Part shown: positions 27,401 to 40,369 of the stretch, one piece after another
How positions within the stretch are numbered: position 1 is the stretch's first letter
How the letters are laid out: each line of letters opens with the position of its first letter
Assembly: GCA_964255285.1 (NCBI GenBank)
Contig: CAXUUL010000016.1
Location: forward strand, 1-64,000
Direction of reading: 5' to 3'
Source of the DNA: Ionaspis alba
Taxonomy: Eukaryota
DNA: 64,000 nt
Position numbers and translations under genes: made by a program
Notes under the pieces: model-generated
What the model saw: the letters and a program-made list of their open reading frames with translations, nothing else
Told to the model about the DNA's origin: nothing
The model's database searches: none

Positions 27401-27565
27401 ACGTTCGTATTGTGGTGGCTTCACTAGCCCAGTGCTTCGAGATCTTCCTGCCTGCTTCCTCTCCTCGTCTTTGTGGTTTGGTCTATGCTCAGTCTTCATT
27501 CTTTTGCCGGCCCGACCATTATCGTCCACCTCTTGCCTCCCTCCGCCATTCTTGCGTTTTGGCAT
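24477..27565 (-). CDS. UTP17: WD40 t-UTP subunit of the SSU processome (Utp17/Nan1/WDR75), 2 introns
   Basis: KLHWHRNAVCAVKWSRDG-NYIISGGMETVLALWQVDTGRKQDLPHL, WLATVEEW, YLKFW, and C-terminal LPPIKDLFEQV; basic N-terminus. Confidence 0.88.
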
Positions 27566-27845
27566 GCTGAAGAGGTCGTCAACACATCAGCATCGTTGTA
27601 ATACAGGCCATTGGCCAAGTGAATTGTTGTAGATGATTGCAAAAGGGTCGCGTATGTCTCGATGGGAATGTTAGCCCTCAAAGCGAAATTCCCGAAAATC
27701 TGATAGGGCTGGGAATTTTTATCTTAGCGCGAAACTGCGATATCAACTTCAACCCTAAGCAGCGTCTATATCACGTCGACACGCAGAGCTTAGATGCTAG
27801 AATTCGATATATAGAACTACAACCTAGCCACTCTGATCTCCCACC
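27566..27845. promoter_or_regulatory. 280-bp bidirectional promoter between UTP17 and RPB10
   Basis: Divergent ATGs at 27565 and 27846; contains AGCCCT (27673), AGGGCT (27705) and AACCCTAA (27751). Confidence 0.7.
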
Positions 27846-28230
27846 ATGATTATTCCGGTACGCTGCTTCTCCTGCGGAAAGGTATGTCAAATACATGGTA
27901 CAAGTGTTGAGGAAGTCGATTAATGCTTCAAAAGGTGATCGGTGACCTCTGGGAACGCTATCTTAAAATGCTTGACGACGGTGTTTCAGACGGGTGAATA
28001 ATAACTTTCTGCGAGGCTATTACCACAATCTATCACTGAATTTCTATTAGTGATGCCATGGACCAGCTAGGCTGCAAGCGCTATTGCTGTCGACGGATGT
28101 TGATGACACATGTCGACTTGATTGAAAAACTTTTGAAGTAATAAATCTCCCTCAGTCCTTACAGAGTCGAACGATTGACTGGCTTAGGTACAACCCTGCG
28201 GAGAGAGACCGGTCCAAGGCGCAGCTATGA
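27846..28230 (+). CDS. RPB10: RNA polymerase I/II/III subunit RPABC5; exons 27846-27881, 27935-27993, 28051-28137, 28188-28230
   Basis: Spliced translation [74 protein letters not shown]. Not in the ORF track because the exons are short. Confidence 0.97.
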
Positions 28231-28790
28231 CACCTTCAGTGTCAGAAGGTTATGATAGACCAATGGTTTGTGTACAATATGTGATGGACATGATACCAGG
28301 GAGTGTGGCGTCTTCGGCGTTTTTGAGAGGAGCATGTAGGAGGGAATAAGTGAACGATTGCTAGTGTGGTCCCCCGCTCCGTGGCCAAGGTGGCTTGAAT
28401 GCTCTTTGAATATTCATAACTCAATTGAAATACGGCACCAGGTGAATCGGCAAAATGCAGTTGTCATTTTCTCGAAACGGAGACGATCGTTTCGGTTACA
28501 GTCGGCGAACAGTTAGTTCGAGTTGCTCCTATAACCGGCAACTAGACATCATATTTTGCACTGGCCCCAAAGGCTTCTCCATTTGTAATCCTAGCTTTTC
28601 CAATTCCGACCTGACCTTTCGACCAAAGCTAAATTATGCAAAACCTTGCTGCGTAGCAGAAAGCGCTCCCAGCGTCGAAAAAGAGAAATCCTATGTCCAG
28701 CCATCATTAATATCATAAATTATCAGGACAACACTGTTCCTTAGGTCCCCGTCAAGGTCCATGTCCTTCCATGCCCCGACTATGTTCAAC

Positions 28791-31753
28791 TCAATGATGT
28801 CGCTGGTGCAGATAAACGATCGCAGTCCACCCTGCACAGCACACCGTGCTCATCCCATGCTCACACCACGGACATCTCACCTCCGTGAACACTTTTCCCG
28901 CTATTCCCTTCCCTTTCCCAATAGAGCCGAACCCATTCTTGGCGCCCACACTCTGTGCCACCCCGTCTCCGGTCGTGATGGTCCTGGGCAAGGCCATAGC
29001 TTCGTATAACTTACTTGGCAGGTCGTGCCAGAACTTGCATTTGCAGCAGATGACGAACATCTTCGCGAGAGGCTTCGTAGCAAGTGCGGCGTCGTTGGCG
29101 GAGTTGCCATCTTTGCTATTCATGGTGAAGGGCGTAGACGGGGGACTGAGCATGCTAGTCCGCTTACTGGGCGACGAGGTCGGACTGAGTCGACGAGCGG
29201 CCGCTGAGGCGAACGAAGGACTAGGTTTCGACTGGATTGTGGCGGGAGTGGTAGGTGCCGAGAGGGACAAGGCGGATGAGGGGCGTGGAGACTGCGAAAG
29301 TGGGGACGTAACCACGGCACTTTCCGGGATTGGGGCGAAGGTGACTTTCGCCGGAGACATGCGTTTAGGTTTTGTCAACGGTTGATGTTTCAGCTGGGGT
29401 AGGAAGTCAAGAGAGGGTAGGGGTTCGTTGTTGGCGGATATCAGAAGATTGGGATCAGAGCGGGGACGTTTTATGGAGGTGCGGCGTACAAGACCGTCCC
29501 CGTCGACGCCTTCGACTACGACCTCGGGAGACGTCTTCACCTGTTCTGGGGGAGCTGACTTGCTTTGGTCAGTGCTATCCGCGCTGCTCGCAGACGGTTT
29601 TTCGCGCTCAGTCGACTCTGTTTGTTTGACAGAAGGGGGCTCTGTTGGTGGGACTGGAACATTTGGGCGAAGATTCTCTGCAGTTTTCAATGCCGGGCTT
29701 GTGGAAGACCTTGGAAAGCCTAGAGGACGGATGTCCTGGGTCAAGATCTGCGAAGAAGTGGTTCGTGATCTTGAGTGATCGCGCGGGGGATTGTTAGACT
29801 TCTCTTCCTTGTTGGAAGTTGGCTGGATGGCCACATTCTTTGGCAAATTCGGTTTATTTTCGTCATCTGCAATAGAACTGTTCGGTGTGACATCGACTGT
29901 CAGGGGTGTCCAACTAGGAATGGTGTTGGGAATGGTGGGAGCCTGATCGAGCTTCCTTGCCGGATTAGCAGAAGTGGATTTGTCTGGCGACTTTGACCTT
30001 TCCCCTAACATCCTCTCGGCTTTGGAGTTTCTTCTTTCTCGCTTCGTCGTCTTCCCACTCGATTTCTGTGACTCCTCGGCCAAGTACCTGTGGTAACCAT
30101 CGGTGGTGTCGTCCTCCGATGATAGTGGCTCAAATATCGACACATCATTCTGCTTATTCCGAACGGCCTTTCGGTCATCAGAGAATGATTCGGATGAAGC
30201 GTTCGGTGTTGGAGGCATGTTCGTTTTCCCGCGACTCGATACTGCGTTTTGTCTTGCCGGGTCGATGGCGTCCTTCACAGCCATTTCGTCTTGGTATCCC
30301 GATATCGATCGCCGCTGTTGGTACATTCTCTGTTTATGAACATAACTGCTCCCGTCTTGGGAGGGTCGTGACACGAAGGAAGTAATGCTTGGGAAGGACG
30401 AATGTGGTGGTGTTGGTGGGGAACGCCGAAATTTTTCTAGGTCTCTGGCTACAGCAGCTTGGATCTCTCTCTTTCTGGCAGCTTCATCGACTCGAGGTCT
30501 GACAAATGGGGGATAGTGATACGACGGTTTCACCTCATCCTTTTTCTTGCTGGACGTGACAACAATGGTTTGCTGAGTTGTTTCTTCTGGTGAAGTGTGG
30601 ATTACGCCATGCTTTTGGGGGGAGTTCCTTCCTCTAGGACTCTTCCCGTCAATTCTTTTCGCTGCTGATGTACCAGAACTCAAAGGTTTTGCTGAAGGCA
30701 ACGAAAATCGGGCGGTATTGATCCCCTTCATACTGACTCCATATGGTGCTTCCTGTGATGCTTCGAGCTGGTAAGCAAAGCTAACAATGTCACTGACATA
30801 TGCTTCGTCTCCATCAGAATGTTTAGATCCCTGAGTGCTGGCAGAACCTTTGCGAGAATGAGATTCTATCCCCACGAGTTTCCCCAACTGGGGAACCGTA
30901 TCACTGATGCGCTTCCATGATGGTGGTGAGGGAGCTTGAGATGAGGCGCTGCTATTGGATGAAGTTCTTGAAAATCGTTTTAAAGATGACAGTGACGTGA
31001 AGGAGGACCTCCTGTCCTCCTTTGAAGTCTGCCTCGAGACATCTTGAGATGGGGATGCAGATCGAGAAGTCGAACTTGCAGATGGCCGCGACAGTGCAGC
31101 CGGCATTCGCTGGGTTTCCATAGCTGCGGGAGGCCGTTTACTCAAGCGCTTCGTTGCTTTCTGTGAGGCTACCCTTTGCTTCTCCTCATCCTTCTTGCTT
31201 TTCTTTTCCATCTCCTTTCGTTCCTTGTCCATTTTCTTCTGCTCCTTCTTGTGCTTATCACCACCATAATCAGACCAGCTCGGCGAATGGCAGATTTCCT
31301 CCGGCAAACGTGTCGCGTCCTGCTCAATGCTTTGCTTCTTCTGAGATATCGCAGGCGGGGTGCCAACATCCTTAGCGCTCGTCCTCAATGACAATTCTGG
31401 CATGGTGTTGGATCGGTTTGAGGGGTTCAAGGGGGCTCTTGGGCTCTGTTGTGGAGGATTTGGTGCTGTTGTGGCTGGCAAAGGGCCAGGATCATGTTTC
31501 GATGTAAGGGAGCGCGACGTTTGAACTTGCGGACCAGAATTTTGAATGCTGGACAATCGACGTTGCTATTTGTGGAGGATTAGTAAATTGTATTTATAAG
31601 AACCATAGAGATCCCGAGAACGTCAAGCAGCAGTTCAGGCGAGGATGCTGAGCCACATACCTGGCTGAGCTTTTCCAGTTGCAGCATACGAGAGAAGATG
31701 TCCTTGCCCGGCGTGGTAGGCTTGTCCCGAGATTTCTGGTCGGTCGATGCCAT
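28791..31753 (-). CDS. Ser/Pro-rich disordered protein (~955 aa) with C-terminal Cys-rich putative zinc-binding domain; intron 31566-31660
   Basis: Exon 1 MASTDQ...EKLSQ splices (GTATGT...TAG) in frame to QRRLSSIQ and the 921-aa ORF; tail KMFVICCKCKFWHDLP...CPWCEHGMSTVCCAGW. Confidence 0.8.
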
Positions 31754-33662
31754 CGTGCTTTGAACGGTAGATTGTGCCAACATTCACAATTGATGGTTGA
31801 GATCTTGAAGCTAGGGCAACTGATGATGCTCAGCGCGATACCAAGGAGGAGACCATTATACCAGAGAGATCAATGAAGAGATGCAACAAACACACCACGA
31901 AATCAAAGCCAATGCGCAAAAAAAAGGTCGACTTTGGCTAAGGTATGAGGGGAAAAGAAGAGAGATGTGGGTAGGAATGTTAGGCTGTGTCAACGACAAT
32001 AATATAGATATGATGTAACTAATGGACAAACAGATAGTTAATTTGGAAGAAAATGTATGTTGTCGTCAAATCCACGCCGTTACAGTTTCACAATCTGGAG
32101 GTAGATGACGGATAGTCCGGAGGTCAATTGGTAAAATTGGGGAGGGGGGATGTATGCAGGATTGTTCGAGTACAGTCATCCGGGGAGCGGTGTCCAAGGT
32201 TCACAGGCGCATTGCATCTGCGGCATTATCGAGGATTAATGTAATCAAGGGAGCAGTGGCCAAGAGAAAGGAATCTTTTCTTGCGTTGAGGCTGGCTGGA
32301 ATCGAGGAACTACTGCTGCAACAACTAAAACTCTACTACCCCGTCGTTGCTCATCAATCATTCTTGTAATAACAACAACAACCACAATCACAAGAATAAT
32401 TGCTGGTCGCCTCTTGTTTGCCTCTTTGCTTCCTCGCCGTCTCACCTCCTCCTTCTCGTATAGACTTTGATTATCTGTCAGAATAGGGAAAGGGTCGCAG
32501 CGAACCTTGCAGTTTCGCAACACTGACCCAATGACGAGTCGAGCAACAGCTTCCACCTGCGATCCAACGGCAAACTATCAGAGGTCCATTCGAAGCCATT
32601 CGAAGCCACCGTGGCGGTAGATAATCCCCCTCAGCACACCTTGCTTCGGGTTGGAATCAGTCCGCAGGGTTTAAGCGGCTCATTCACGTCCCTTCGATCC
32701 ATGATCGACACAGATCGTCCTCCTGCCCACTAACCGCGCTCTATTTTTGTCTACACAAGGACAAAAGAATCAATCATCCACTGCTGCAATACCAGACAAT
32801 CGTGATCATAGTAATACGGTGCCTCGTTGCAGAAGGCAAATACCAGCACTCCAACGACACCAATGCAGGGTCATTTCAAGAGTGGCACAAGGACAAGGAG
32901 ATGCACTTACTCAACTTGCATCATGTTGCGGAACAGGTCCTTGGGGGAAAGTATGTGGGAGAGGCAACAGGGGCAAACCAGGAAAAGGGCAGATGGGGGT
33001 CAAACTCAGATCTGGGTTAGCCAATGATCGGCACCCACTCCAGATTTAAGGTTGACCCCTAATCCAGGACTCGAGAAAACGTGCTCCAGCGTTGTGATCA
33101 TCAACAAATAAATCACTCGCACGAAATCAGATACCATACGGCAGTGCGAGGATGTGTAACTGATTCCACAGAAGATGGCCTAAGATATTTGTCACCCACG
33201 TCCATTGCTTCTATCGGCAAAGCCAGTGATTCGAGCGACGAGCCATACGGAGTATAATATGAACAACTCGGCGGTTAGCAGTAGACTCTCAGCAACCAAG
33301 CAAGTATGTCACGATATTGAGCCGAAACTTGCAATTGTAGGTTTGCACACAGTCCCAAAAAACGTCCTGCCTAATCATACCTTCACCGTTTTCACGCTTG
33401 CCTTTACATTGGCATGTACCAGTCCTTGGTCCTGTCACTGCATACCTAGTAGGGGCTGGGGCGCAGGAACATGGTCCTTATCCCACATGTCCGCATGGGA
33501 CGGGATGTACTCGCAGCATTAATCTTATCGCGCAGACGGTGGATGAAATGGCCATGACCATTATGATTGATCATTGGCCTCGCCCTCCTAAACCACCGTA
33601 CCTCCGGTATGGACTGTCCTGGGTCGTCAGCCCGGACACACGAGTGATAACCACCTTCCTTA

Positions 33663-34836
33663 CTATCTCGCTTCTCCTTCGAACTCTCTCCAGCCCCAGA
33701 TACCCCACCAGCATTCGACTGCAAGATCTCCGCCTTCCCAATCATCATAGCCTATCTCCTCGCCCTGTAGTATGAGGAGAAATCCGTTTGTCTCCATTCT
33801 TTGCTTGAACTCATGAATCTCTGGTTGATATGCCTCTCGCAATGGTAGTTCCACGATGACTCTCGCTTGTGGCTCCCGCCGTATGTACCGCTCTATGGCG
33901 TTTGCCACCAATACGGGATGTAAAGGTGAATATAAAGGATCAGATGCGAGAACGATATCGTACCTGTCACACCTTGACAACTGCTCTGCCCGAGGTAGCT
34001 TCGACCAGTCCAGTGGTCGGGCGGATGCCGATCCACCGTAGGCACTTATAACAGCTTTGTTCTGCTCACAGTTGTATGCTAGATTATTCCTTATCTCAGG
34101 GAGATCAGTAAGGTCGACCTGGGATGCCCAAACTGTTGCGGCTGCAATACCCACGAGTCCTGTACCCGATCCCAACTCAAGCACTCGAAGTGGCAGCTCT
34201 TCTTTCACGGTCATCTCGGTCTGCTTCGGACAGGGTAACAAAGAGCGTAAATGTGGAAGCTGTCTTGCAAGCAGGTAAGAGGCTGCCCAGGTCTTGTGAC
34301 CAAGATTGTCCGCCGTCAGGGAAGGCTCGCGGAGGGTAATGGATATTGATTTCCCACAGTCTAACAATGGTATCTCGAAGGTGCGGTCAACGGATGGCAT
34401 TGCTAAACGGAAAGCATCAGGAGGTGCTACCATGCCAGTGTCAGACCAATGAGCGTACCAGTCCTCCCAGCTCGTTCACTCAATCGGGCTCCTGCTGTCT
34501 CCCATACAATTTCCTTCAGGTTGTCATCCTCGATCCATGACAAAGGGCTACCAATGACAGTTGTCAGATATCGCGGAATGCCATCGCTAATGGCGAGAGC
34601 CGTCCCGTTGTCCTTTACGTCTCTTCTCTCAAAGCTCGCGGGCCGTAGTGCGAGCTGTCCCAAAACGTCAAGCAATGTTGTCGCCGATGGTCGACTGTAG
34701 AGAGGTGGCAGGTCGAGAGCTGTTCACTGGGGTTTCATTTCAGTTGTCAAACATTGGCCGATGAGATCAAGGTAGCGGAGGTTGGCTGACCATGGATGAG
34801 CAAGCCCTCAGGATTGGCCGATGCACCCTCTGACAT
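33663..34836 (-). CDS. SAM-dependent protein-lysine methyltransferase, family 16 (Efm2/Rrg1-like), 2 introns
   Basis: LDLPPLY.RPS, RLSERAGRT, LREPSLTADNLGHKTWAAS, motif I VLELGSGTGLVG, LTDL, LDW, LASDPLY. Confidence 0.88.
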
Positions 34837-35283
34837 GATTGATCGACTTCGAGGCAGTCGATCATGCGGATGAAGGAAGGATATTGTAGATACAGAAGAT
34901 TCCACCTTGTGACATCAGTCGCAGGACGATAATATTATTCGTCGACTGTTCCGGGGTATGGTCTTGTGCCGGTGCTCCACGAATGGACTAGTCAGGGCAA
35001 ACGAGCCGAAAAAACTTGGCCATAAGAGCCTCATATGCCTCGGCCCGGTCAGACTCTGGTGGACGTCATGGAGAGACTGAGTAGCATGAACGATCCTCCG
35101 ACTACGCAATGGCATCTCTACGGACAGGTGGAGGGTGGCAACTTGTTCATCCTTACTTGCTGTCTACGCTCTTCAGAAGTCGCATGAGGTACACACATTT
35201 ACATATCGAAGTTCTTCCTTATAACAATCCTCCATAGATTTGCCCACCACCTCTTTTTTTCATTTGGCTGACGCTGACTGACC

Positions 35284-36976
35284 ATGACTTCGTTGTTCTC
35301 CCGACTTAATCCAGTACCCTCCTTTCCAGCATATACAGGTCCCTACAATGTTGGCACCGTGGATGTTGAGCTCGAGGCTGGCCAGCAACCATCAGCTGGT
35401 CCCTGCCCCGATACTGTCACTTCCGTCAGTTTTCGCATCTTCTATCCTTGCGAAACCCCCATGAAGGCGCCCAAGCCTGTCTACTGGATACCACCGCCTC
35501 AACACGAAGTCGTCTCGGCGTACGCTCGCTTTCTAGGAGCTTCGTCACGACTTGCCGAATTCATTGCGTGAGTCTCTGCCTTCGCCTGAGAAGAAAGAGC
35601 CTGAGGCTAACATGGCACCTAGATACTTCCCAAGACTCCTGTATCACGTCAAGATCCCAGCATTAGGAAATGCGCGTCTACTTCAACCTCCGACGAAGTC
35701 CAAGCGATGGCCGGTTATGATATTTTCGCATGGGTTAGGCGGTTCACGAAATGCCTACAGTCATGTCGTCGGATCGTTGGCAAGCCATGGCATTGTCGTT
35801 GTCGCTCCCGAACACCGTGATGGAAGTGCTCCTGTAACATTTGTCAGGAGCTATAAAACCTCGAAACCTACGCCAATCGACTACAGGTCAATCTCCCACC
35901 AACCATCGATCGAAGTCGAGGAAGCAAGAGATAAACAATTGAAGCTCAGACTTTGGGAGCTCGCCTCTATACACGACTTGCTGCTCAACCTAGACAAAGG
36001 CGAGAGTCTCCAAAACCTTGCTGTGCCGGACAAACATCCTCAATCGGACCACGGAGATCTTTCAATGTTTGCATCATCACTTGACGTACTTCGACCTGGC
36101 AGTATCGCATGGTCTGGTCACTCTTTCGGTGCAGCCACAATAGTCCAGTTTGTCAAGTCTACTTTCTATCGTCCCAACAGCTCTACACCAAAGACCTACC
36201 AGCCTCTTTTCGTTCCAGCAGATGACTCGCCGATCGTGAAACAGATTACCCCCGGATCACCCGTGAGTCTCTTAGATCTTTGGACATTACCCTTGCGCAG
36301 TGCCTCCAAGACGTGGCTATGGGAGAAGCCATTACCCTGTTATTCTGCTGGTGGACCAGGCGGATCCAACGTCGTTGCCATACTGAGTGAAGCGTTTGTC
36401 AAATGGAAAGGCAATTTGATTCCGATCAAGAAGGCTGTATCGGCGCATCCCTCGGACAATCGAAGATCACGGAGTCAGCAGAATGCTCCGCACATTTTCT
36501 ATCCTGTAACATCCGCGCACCTGAGTCAATCAGACTTTGGAATCCTCTTCCCGTGGCTTACCAAGAAAGTCCTCAAAGCGGAAGAGCCGGAGAGAACTCT
36601 GCTGCTGAACGTTCGCGCAATCTTGGAGGTTCTGCGACAGAATGGAATGGAGGTCGCGGACACTACTGTTGCCGAGATGGAGGAAGTCGAGAAGGCCCAC
36701 CCAACTGCAAACGGACATACCAATGGCTTTGCCCAGCGCAGTATGAACGGGGACCTCAAAGACTACAGTCATCAAGACAAGACATCTTTAGGGCAAGATA
36801 GGAAGATCCTACTTACTGATGGTTCAATCAGGGGCTGGATTGCACTCGACGTGGACGAAGACGACAAGGCTGACGAAGGTGTAAATGTCATGACGAAGCA
36901 AAGCGCGGATCCAAGCGAAGCTGTCATGGAAGGGGAAGCTAAATGGAGTGAGAACGAGGCGGACCTGAAATTATAG
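35284..36976 (+). CDS. Platelet-activating-factor acetylhydrolase type II-like alpha/beta hydrolase; intron 35568-35622
   Basis: GPYNVGTVDVE, FRIFYP, PVMIFSHGLGGSRNAYS, LASHG, EHRDGSA, nucleophile GHSFG, HLSQSDF. Confidence 0.9.
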
Positions 36977-37141
36977 ATTTGATTTTTGCTCGATACTTCA
37001 GAATAGCGACGGCGCTGGGGGGCTTATAGATAGATCGTACACTGCAGCTAAAATAGGAGAGTTGCTTGAACGCCAACGAAGGCTCTGCCTCTTGTTCCAA
37101 TGTCCAAGTTCACATTTTTAAAACTTTATAGCAGTACATTT

Positions 37142-39056
37142 TCAAACTGCTTCTTGCATAACAGTATCGAGCGCATGATCAACGTCCTCTTGCCGATAAC
37201 CAGGTGCTCTCCCTAAGCAAACTGCGTGATCGTTCAAGACTAGTAGATGTCAACGAGAACAGTTCGGGTAGGCCAAGTACGCTCAATGATGCTCACCTTT
37301 TAGTAACTTATCCACATCAACGATTAACCTCCTTTTCTGTGGCGGTGGAGCCGACGGTCGAACATTGGGAAACAAAGCAGCGTTCGGCATGAAGTCCAAG
37401 GTGTTTATTGGTTTACCCAGGCTTTCGTCGAACCAGGAGGAGGAGAAGCCAAAGTCCATGTTGCTGTTCTGCGCGACACAAGTCGGAAAGCTACCAATAC
37501 CTGTAACGGTGTTTTCGGAGAAGTAGTCTTCGTTCTGTACGAAGAAAGGGGCGAAACCCTCACCTGTGTGTCTGGGACTGTGTGGTGCCGTGAAGCCCCC
37601 AGAAGAGGAGCTATGCGGAGAGGTAGCCGATATCTCTGTCGTCAGGGCGGGCATGGGATCATCGACTTCGATTTCGGCCACTGAGGACTGACCGTCTAGG
37701 TGCAAGCCCTTGCCCTTCAGATATTGCTCAACATCGTTCGAATCCAACCACTCCCCTCCGACATTCGCCCATTTGACGAGATTGTTGGGATAATCTTCGT
37801 CAGGCACGGCCGTCTCCGACTTCCGGCGGAGGAACGGTCTAATCGAGTGAGAATTCGACCAAGTCTCCGGCGGAGTGGCTTCGCCGTCCATAGAGAGCCG
37901 CGGATAGTGTAGGCCGGCCCCGCCAATGTGCAGGACCGGGGCGTCCCACTGCTCCAAACTATCTTGCTTCGTCCGCGTCAGGACTTCACGAAGCCGCTCC
38001 GTGATGGATTCGACGTTGCCTAGGCAGAAACTATACCGAAGCATTCGACGTTTTTCCTTTTCAGGTGAATTTGGACTTGTCAAGATATGGTAGACTCTTT
38101 CGTAAGAGGCTCGAAGCAATCGACGCGCGAATGTTGATTCTTGGAAGCTGTAGGTATAATCTGGCGTCAGTTTCCTATCTACCTCTGCGTTCCATATTGA
38201 CGTGTATATCGGAGAAGTGGGAACTTCGGCTCGATATTGTTGCACATCTGTTTGATTTCCCACCCACTTTTGAGCCATGTCAACGTTGGTGTTGTAGTCC
38301 TGACTTCTGACAACTTCGGGAACATCGACATCAATCTCGTCATGTTGGATGTCTGAAGTGGGCTCGAATGATACTTGGTATCCCCAGACTGTATTGGGAG
38401 GGGCCACCTCTACCGATGGGTAGGCTTGAACGAAGCTGGCGGAAGACTGATGCGACCCGCTATCGAGTATCGCCGCATTGGTTGAGTATCGGTTCAAGTT
38501 CTTGGACGGACTTGGTGGACTGTTGTCGCTTTCGGATTCGTGGTTGGTACTACGCGCTACCTGTACGAATCGTTCCACAGTCCTTTTCAAATCCTCGCCG
38601 AGTACTGGAGTTGTACTGGCGAGCCCAGACGATATAACTCTGTCATTGTAATCCAAGAACACGTCATTCATCTCGTTGATAGTCTGTTGCATTTCTGCGA
38701 CACGTTTCTCTAACGCGGAAATAGTTGTTTCCTTTCTTTCCCGGTAAGCTCGCTGTGCAAGCCTGATCTGCGTTCGGCGCCGCTACCAGACATCAGCATT
38801 GAAACGGTCGAATGGCAAAGCAGGTCATAATTACCTCTACAGCATTTTGATCTTGCGGGTCTACCCTTGGCCGACCCCTTTTGCCATTCTTCGCGACGTC
38901 CTCGTCGCTAGCAGGACTCTTGGAAATGCTTTTCCGTGCTCTTTTCTTCGGTCTCGACCTCTGCGAACACACTGAAGCGTCGGGATGATGCTGCTGGACA
39001 AGGCTAGAGTCCACGCTTATTCCTCCATAAAGCTCGGTGCAACCGACTTGTGCCAT
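37142..39056 (-). CDS. bZIP transcription factor; introns 38783-38834 and ~37240-37297
   Basis: Spliced KRGRPR...ERRRTQIRLAQRAYRERKETTISALEKRVAEMQQTINEM; YSFQESTFARRL; last exon CLGRAPGYR...EAV*. Confidence 0.88.
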
Positions 39057-40369
39057 AACAATAATGCTAGCTGATAATTGTTCAGCAATAGAAGCGTAGT
39101 ACTATTAGAACAAGTATTGCCGTAAGCTCCGTGTGGAACGACTCTCAAGTGCAAAATTACATGAACAGTGCCTTGGCGATCGCGTCGTCAGAATAGGCAG
39201 AAGTAGGCTCTTTACTTATATGGAGGGAGAAAGAGGTAACGAGATGAGAATGTGGACAACAGATGTTCGTTATTGAAGGCTCAACACGTTTTTTGTAGAT
39301 TTCCGTATGACTATCGATCAACAACAAGACGACACAATGTCCATGATGCGCGAAGGGAGTGGAGCGACTGGCAATCCTGTTTATTAATGAGGGATGGAGG
39401 AGGATATGTATGTAAGCAGTCAGCACCCGCCCCCTCCCTCAATCTGCCGCACTTCCCCCCAAAACCACCCCCCCAAGCAATGCAGGAGTCGTGGATGCGA
39501 CCTGATGGAGTCGGCTCGGATCGACCTTGGCCAAGAAGTTGATTCGTTCCTCTGTCGGCACGTGCCGTGGTCTCAGTAACAAGGCACTCCAGAAAAGGGA
39601 CACTCTTACTCGATCGAGGCACCACTTCTCCAGCGGTGAAAGTGGTGAGAGTCGCACAAGGCTGACTACGCTGATCATGCTGGCTGTGTTGAAGCCGAAT
39701 TGATGGCTAGCTCTGCACATTGTTGGCTTAGGAGATCTGCTGCTGAATGACAAATGGAATGACAAAGTACGAAACACAAGGCCAGCGACGAATTCGGTCA
39801 GTTATGGGTAGTCTAGGTATATGGTCTAGACCTTCTCTATGTAGGAGTACTAAACGACACCCGTCATTGCGTTGGAGATACTGATTCTATTCTCCTTCCC
39901 TTTATCCATTGTACCGCCGTGGAGTGATGTGGTGCCAGCCCAGCCCTATGGCAATTTATCTTTGAAAGCAAGCCTGCCTAGATTTACTTCTGTGAGAGTC
40001 GTGAAAGCCACCAATGCCCACTACACATGGTCATGAAAATACGGAATTCCTCACAAAGCATCATCTGCTGATAAGAGCAACACAAGCAGATCGATCAGTG
40101 ATAAAGAAGGTGTCTTGGTCAACTGCAAGCTCACAAATATTATTAGATAGATTTATGATGGAAGATTTTGTAAGTTAAATGGTAAATTCTGCTTGTTTTC
40201 TCGAGGAGCGTTATTATTTTGCTAGATCGCCAAGACCTCAAAAAAACAGGTACAACTATCCTGACCAAGGAGGAGACAGGTTTTGTCCAAACCATATTTG
40301 CGAAACCCACTGTCGCTCGAATCGGGTACTTTCGAGTTACACACTACTTGTCGTATTATCGTCCGGACA

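Noticed and set aside
32586..32608. CCATTCGAAG tandem duplication
   Set aside because: Only about 2.3 copies with no spacers; an ordinary slippage repeat, not CRISPR-like.
36950..36990. Cryptic peroxisomal signal or stop readthrough (PAF-AH ends -LKL; other stops inspected)
   Set aside because: LKL is not a canonical PTS1, and none of the stops I inspected has the TGA-CTA readthrough context.
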